Shown piece by piece: positions 7,154-10,004 of a stretch of 10,004 nucleotides of DNA. Position 1 is the first letter of the stretch, and every line of letters begins with the position of its first letter. The stretch spans positions 1-10,004 of the forward strand of contig JBHLPF010000070.1 of the NCBI GenBank assembly GCA_048939765.1. The letters run 5' to 3'. Under the pieces are notes generated by a model that saw only the letters and a program-made list of their open reading frames with translations, made no database searches and was not told the origin of the DNA. The stretch comes from Promethearchaeota archaeon (GTDB lineage Archaea; Asgardarchaeota; Thorarchaeia; Thorarchaeales; Thorarchaeaceae). The position numbers and the translations under genes are program-made.

Positions 7154-8089
7154 CTAACTTGATTTGTAGAGATCTGTACTCAGGTACTTGACACCGGAAT
7201 CAACCAGCAACGTGACCACTGTGGCACTAGGTCCTAGTGTCTTGGCTATTCTGATTGCAGCCGCTACATTTGCTCCTGATGAGGTCCCTGCGCAGAGCCC
7301 CTCTTCTCTTGCCAGCCGTCTTGCCATCTCCTTGGCCTCTTTAGTTGGAATGCGAACAATCTCGTCGACTAGACTACTATCCCATAAGGGTGGGAGAAAT
7401 CCTATCCCAATGCCTTCTATGTCATGTGAACCACCCTCTCCTCCTGACAGCACTGGGGACTCGTCCGGTTCAACGGCGACGATTCTCACATCTACATTGT
7501 GTTTTTTCAGTGTCTTGGAGGTACCAATAATGGAACCGGCAGTTCCAGCCACATGCACAAAGGCATCGACTAGGCCCTTCGTTTGCTCCCATATCTCTTC
7601 ACCCAATTGGAGATAGCCAGACACATTGTCCTTATTGTACAGTTGATTTGTCCAGTAAATACCTGGTTCATCACTCAGCGTTCGGGCGGTCTCTATCATC
7701 TTCTCGATTAGCTCTTTCCTAATCCCAAGACCCTCGCTTGGAATGGTTGTGACTTCTGCACCAAGAGATCTCATGTGGTCTAGTTTCTCTTGACTAAACG
7801 CATCAGAGGAAACAACACGAAAACGATATCCTTTGATAGCACAGATGAATGCTAACGATGTTCCTGTGCTCCCTCCAGTATATTCCACCACTGTGCCACC
7901 AGGACCCAATCGTCCATCCTTCTCTGCCTCTTCAATCATGGCTTGAGCCATGCGGTCTTTCATACTTCCCGTGGGATTCTCCCACTCCAACTTAACTAGT
8001 ACCCTGGCACACCCCGGTGGAACCACCTTGTTCAATTGTACCATTGATGTGTTTCCAATCGCGTCTAAGACATTCTCAGCAATCTTCAT
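7154..8089 (-). CDS. Cysteine synthase / cystathionine beta-synthase family PLP-dependent enzyme (fold type II), 311 aa
   Basis: IGNT, KLEWENPTGSMKDR (PLP lysine K44), GTAGS phosphate loop, VAVEP, HDIEGIGIGFLP, EEGL..GTSSGAN, DSGVKYLS. Start placed at ATG 8089 because GAGGTG lies 5 nt upstream and overlaps the track's GTG start at 8095. No cysK/cysM symbol is given because the substrate loop is atypical. Confidence 0.92.
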   Translation of the reverse strand: MKIAENVLDAIGNTSMVQLNKVVPPGCARVLVKLEWENPTGSMKDRMAQAMIEEAEKDGRLGPGGTVVEYTGGSTGTSLAFICAIKGYRFRVVSSDAFSQEKLDHMRSLGAEVTTIPSEGLGIRKELIEKMIETARTLSDEPGIYWTNQLYNKDNVSGYLQLGEEIWEQTKGLVDAFVHVAGTAGSIIGTSKTLKKHNVDVRIVAVEPDESPVLSGGEGGSHDIEGIGIGFLPPLWDSSLVDEIVRIPTKEAKEMARRLAREEGLCAGTSSGANVAAAIRIAKTLGPSATVVTLLVDSGVKYLSTDLYKSS

Positions 8090-8094
8090 AATCA

Positions 8095-8100
8095 CACCTC
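8095..8100 (-). promoter_or_regulatory. Shine-Dalgarno site of the cysteine-synthase-family gene
   Basis: Minus strand reads GAGGTG-TGATT-ATG, matching the archaeal-style GGAGGTGA consensus. Confidence 0.75.
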
Positions 8101-8200
8101 TTGCAAACTATTGACCTACATGTCTTTAACACATTCGCCTCAAGGTCAGGATTGCATGGATTATGCTTATACGAAGAAGAAATGGTAGCGGGTTTGACAA

Positions 8201-8220
8201 ATTATCGATGAGCTTATGTG
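8201..8220 (+). promoter_or_regulatory. Putative BRE/TATA-like promoter element of paralog 3
   Basis: ATTATCGATGAGCTTATGTG. Its CTTATG begins 54 nt upstream of ATG 8267, matching the motif and spacing upstream of paralog 2. Confidence 0.5.
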
Positions 8221-8266
8221 AGGCTCATTCCAATGCACTCTAGCGCGTGATTTGGGGGTCTAGACT

Positions 8267-10003
8267 ATGTACGAGCACTTCGAGCCGGTGGAGCGAGTCT
8301 TTGTTGACCGTGAGAAATATCTCGACTGGATGACTGAGGCACTGGAGCGCTGCAAAGAGCAGAGCGTCGTTCTCCATTTGCGTGGAATTGGAGGGATCGG
8401 AAAGAGCTCACTTCTGGATTACTGGAAGTCTACAATAGACGACACCATTCGTCTTGACTGTGAACAGTATACTGAGTTCTATAATCGTCTTAATGTGATT
8501 GCAAAGGGGTCAGTTCTCCTTGGTGTGAGTCTACGAAGGTTCGACGTTCTCTGGCAGATCAGACAACGTTTTGTGGAGGGGGTAGAGCCGGTCAAGGAAG
8601 AGGGCCGGGAGTGGGCAAAGGACATTGCCATGGCAATTCCTTTCATTGGTTCTCTCGCCAGCATCGGGAGTGCCATCAGCGCAGCCGGTAGCAAGGTTGC
8701 TCCAAAGTTGAAAAGCAGGTACGGCGATGTGGCAAAATGGCTACAAACCCGTCTAGGGAAAGACCACGTTGAGAAACTTCTTGAGATTCTGTGGAAAGAG
8801 CCACGACATGCCGAGTTCCTATATCTTGATGCTCTGCTGGAGGACCTGAACAACCGTAAGATCTCTGAGAGGCCCATTCTATTCCTGCTGGACCATTCCG
8901 AGTATCTTGATAATGAGAAACGCCGATGGCGCTATCGTGGCAGAGATATCACCGAGACCGAACTCTGGTATGTATTCCTGAGTTCGTTGTCCAACTGCGT
9001 TGGTGTCATGGCAGGCAGACACACCCTGCCCAGTAACACACGTGAGGAACTTGAGATTGAGGAGTCCGAGCTGACCGAGCTTGACAGAGAGAGCTGCATC
9101 GAGCTTCTTTTGCAACGTCAGATAGTGGACTCTGAACTCCAGGACAGGATTGTCAGTGTGAGTGGTGGGAACCCCTTTGTGATAGGTGCGATTTGTGACG
9201 TTGCAGAGTCCGGCAGTCTTTCGCTCAGTGACATAGAGGACTTACGTGCAGACACCCTTGAGGAAGTCCGACTAAGGACCTGGAGGAAGCTCTTCCACGA
9301 AGCACAGGATCTCCTGCGAGCTATAGAGAAGGCTGGTCTTCTGCCCTTCTTCGATAGAAGAGTATTGACTGTGGTTGCACCGGACATCAGGACGGACCAC
9401 TGGGACAGGTTAGTCCGTCTTAGCTTTGTCAGGGACAGAGGGGATGGGACTTGGGTGCTCCATGATCTTGCTAGAAATCTCATTGCAGCTGAACTTGGCC
9501 AGCGGCTACAGGACTCGGCAGATGAGGTGGCCGAATCTCTTGAGAGGGCCTCGACTGCGGAATTGGACTATGCACTGTTGGGACTGGCCTTATCAGTTCG
9601 AGCACTCGCCGCAGAAAGGGAGGCAACAGCAAGACTAGGAGCCACTGTTTCTGACCTTATGTGGAGAAGTGACTTCCCGAATGCGCTAGCACTTCTTGAT
9701 GCCACTAGGATTGACACAAAGGAGGGCCATATGGTAACACAGGGCTTGAGAGGAGGCGTTTATGTTCGCATGTTCAGAGTGGCTGATGGTGAGCATGCAC
9801 TCAGGGAGGCACTTGAAAAATCTCGAGAGCTGGGCAAGAAGATCCCAGACGAGCTCCTGGTACACGTTGCACGAACATTGAGCTTTCTTGGTCTCCTACT
9901 CTACCGGACCTATCGAGTTTCGGACGCCGAGGAATCTTATCGGAAGGCTCTTGGAATCTATAGGGGGCTGGATAAAACAACACTGGGTCTCCGTTCTCAG
10001 GAC
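8267..10003 (+). CDS. STAND-class (NLR-like) P-loop NTPase + TPR repeat protein, paralog 3 (3'-partial, not in the ORF track)
   Basis: Manual translation from ATG 8267 gives MYEHFEPVERVFVDREKYLDWMTEALERCKEQSVVLHLRGIGGIGKSS (Walker A 8384-8407), then ILFLLDHSE, SGGNPF, WVLHDL and RVADGEHALREALEKSRELGKKIPDELLVHVART. The frame is open to the window end and colinear with paralog 2 at an offset of 5241 nt through the NTPase. GGGGG SD-like tract upstream. Confidence 0.92.
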   Translation, partial: MYEHFEPVERVFVDREKYLDWMTEALERCKEQSVVLHLRGIGGIGKSSLLDYWKSTIDDTIRLDCEQYTEFYNRLNVIAKGSVLLGVSLRRFDVLWQIRQRFVEGVEPVKEEGREWAKDIAMAIPFIGSLASIGSAISAAGSKVAPKLKSRYGDVAKWLQTRLGKDHVEKLLEILWKEPRHAEFLYLDALLEDLNNRKISERPILFLLDHSEYLDNEKRRWRYRGRDITETELWYVFLSSLSNCVGVMAGRHTLPSNTREELEIEESELTELDRESCIELLLQRQIVDSELQDRIVSVSGGNPFVIGAICDVAESGSLSLSDIEDLRADTLEEVRLRTWRKLFHEAQDLLRAIEKAGLLPFFDRRVLTVVAPDIRTDHWDRLVRLSFVRDRGDGTWVLHDLARNLIAAELGQRLQDSADEVAESLERASTAELDYALLGLALSVRALAAEREATARLGATVSDLMWRSDFPNALALLDATRIDTKEGHMVTQGLRGGVYVRMFRVADGEHALREALEKSRELGKKIPDELLVHVARTLSFLGLLLYRTYRVSDAEESYRKALGIYRGLDKTTLGLRSQD

Positions 10004-10004
10004 A

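Noticed and set aside
7188-7616. 142-aa plus-strand ORF and other short ORFs overlapping the PLP enzyme and TIGR04076-like gene
   Set aside because: They lie antisense to well-supported genes and have no independent coding signal.

Overview
The window is dominated by a locally expanded family of three same-strand paralogous genes. Each encodes an NLR-like STAND P-loop NTPase fused to a TPR array. Copy 1 (1..2877) is 5'-truncated by the window edge. Copy 2 is complete (true start probably 3026, about 1050 aa). Copy 3 (8267..>10004) runs off the window and is missing from the ORF track. In copies 2 and 3 the NTPase begins about 10 residues after the start codon, so there is no N-terminal effector domain. 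All three carry a conserved 23-residue uncharged Gly/Ala-rich segment between Walker A and Walker B, and they are sequence mosaics of one another. Copies 1 and 2 end in a conserved Trp-acidic tail. Between copies 2 and 3 lie a small two-TM membrane ORF (-), a TIGR04076-like Cys protein (+) and a cysteine-synthase-family PLP enzyme with a non-canonical substrate loop (-). GAGGTG/GGTGA ribosome-binding sites and TATA-like promoter boxes suggest an archaeal host. An Asgard/Thorarchaeota-like origin is my impression only and cannot be shown from this window. No RNA genes, CRISPR array or transposase were seen.
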